Source: the human T2T-CHM13v2.0 reference genome, Homo sapiens. From it: a stretch of 64,000 nucleotides of DNA. The notes beneath the pieces are model-generated. The model saw nothing but the letters and a program-made list of their open reading frames with translations. It did no database searches and was not told the origin of the DNA. The DNA lies in the NCBI RefSeq assembly GCF_009914755.1, contig NC_060930.1; one strand, written 5' to 3'. Numbering within the stretch: the first letter of the stretch is position 1; every line of letters starts with the position of its first letter. A program made the position numbers and the translations under genes. This document shows, piece by piece, positions 63,171-64,000 of this stretch.

Positions 63171-64000
63171 TCCCTGGTCTTTTGACTCCAAAATTTCCAG
63201 TTTAATATTCTGATTTTATAATGCTAAGCCAAGGGACACCAACATCAACCTCAAGCAAGTCCCACATTTCTACCTTCAGTGGCTGCAAGACAGTGACTTT
63301 TGGCCCAAGCCATGGCCCTCATTTAGACCCAGAAGACAGGGTCGGACCGTGACCATTGGATCTGCTCTTGCTTCCTTTGGGTGTTGCCTGGGATTAGGTG
63401 GATATAGGAGTCCCGGCTCCTTGCTGTCAGAATCAACTCCAACTCCAGGACTTGACTAAAACCAGAACCAGGTCTGGAAGTGTAGAATGGAGTCAGATAG
63501 GCAGGCCCACTGGTTCCAGGGCTGCAGATGGTGTCACAAAGGACAGAGGATGCCTTAGCTGTTGGTTAGTGATATGGAGGAGCCAGAGACTCACATGTAA
63601 TAATTTGTGGTGCTGGTCTTGAGTTGTTACCGAGAATTGGAGCACAATAATGATGAAGGACAACTTTTTAAGGTTCCTGATATTGAGAGCATTTGAGTAA
63701 ATTTATTTTTATTGATTTTAAATATGTCCCATTGGTGTTATACTGTTCTGGAACTTCTGAACACTGGTGCTGATTAGTTACACTGAAATCTTAAGTACTC
63801 TTCTGTGTTTCACCATCTGCTGAGAAAACAATTTAAAAAATAAATTATTGCTGTCTCTTCTATATCTCTAGGAACTATCAAGAAATACTTACACATAATA
63901 AATAAGTCATCCAAAATTGTTTTGCGGTACAGACACAGATATCCTATTCATATACAGATATCTATTAATTTTGAACACAAAGTACAACATTATCATCTTT

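Overview
Primate, almost certainly human, genomic DNA made up of introns and exons of a large + strand gene. I identify it as CCDC162P (C6orf183/184/185 region, 6q21 from memory) because the exons at 50378-62149 translate to MFKTLPEKAAFKALKRTLQLIAPLHDIV..., which I recall as the annotated CCDC162 N-terminus. By hand I reconstructed 15 phase-compatible exons (10485-62149; 2217 nt = 739 codons) with only two visible lesions: a splice acceptor reading CGG instead of CAG (40501-40503) and an in-frame TGA (50436-50438). The most striking element is a ~3 kb insertion (44423-47449) bounded by target-site duplications (TSDs) and ending in poly(A). It is a chimeric retrocopy: spliced RAB18 exons 1-2 joined to an ANTISENSE, intron-retaining PTCHD3 segment, plus an antisense U13 snoRNA copy. 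The window also has a full-length L1PA2-like element with intact ORF0 nested in an AluY, a Y3 RNA retrocopy, a MER11 solo LTR, Tigger1, and many Alu/MIR/L2/MaLR/MER repeats. There are no prokaryotic features or CRISPR arrays. All gene and repeat-family names come from recalled sequences, not database searches.
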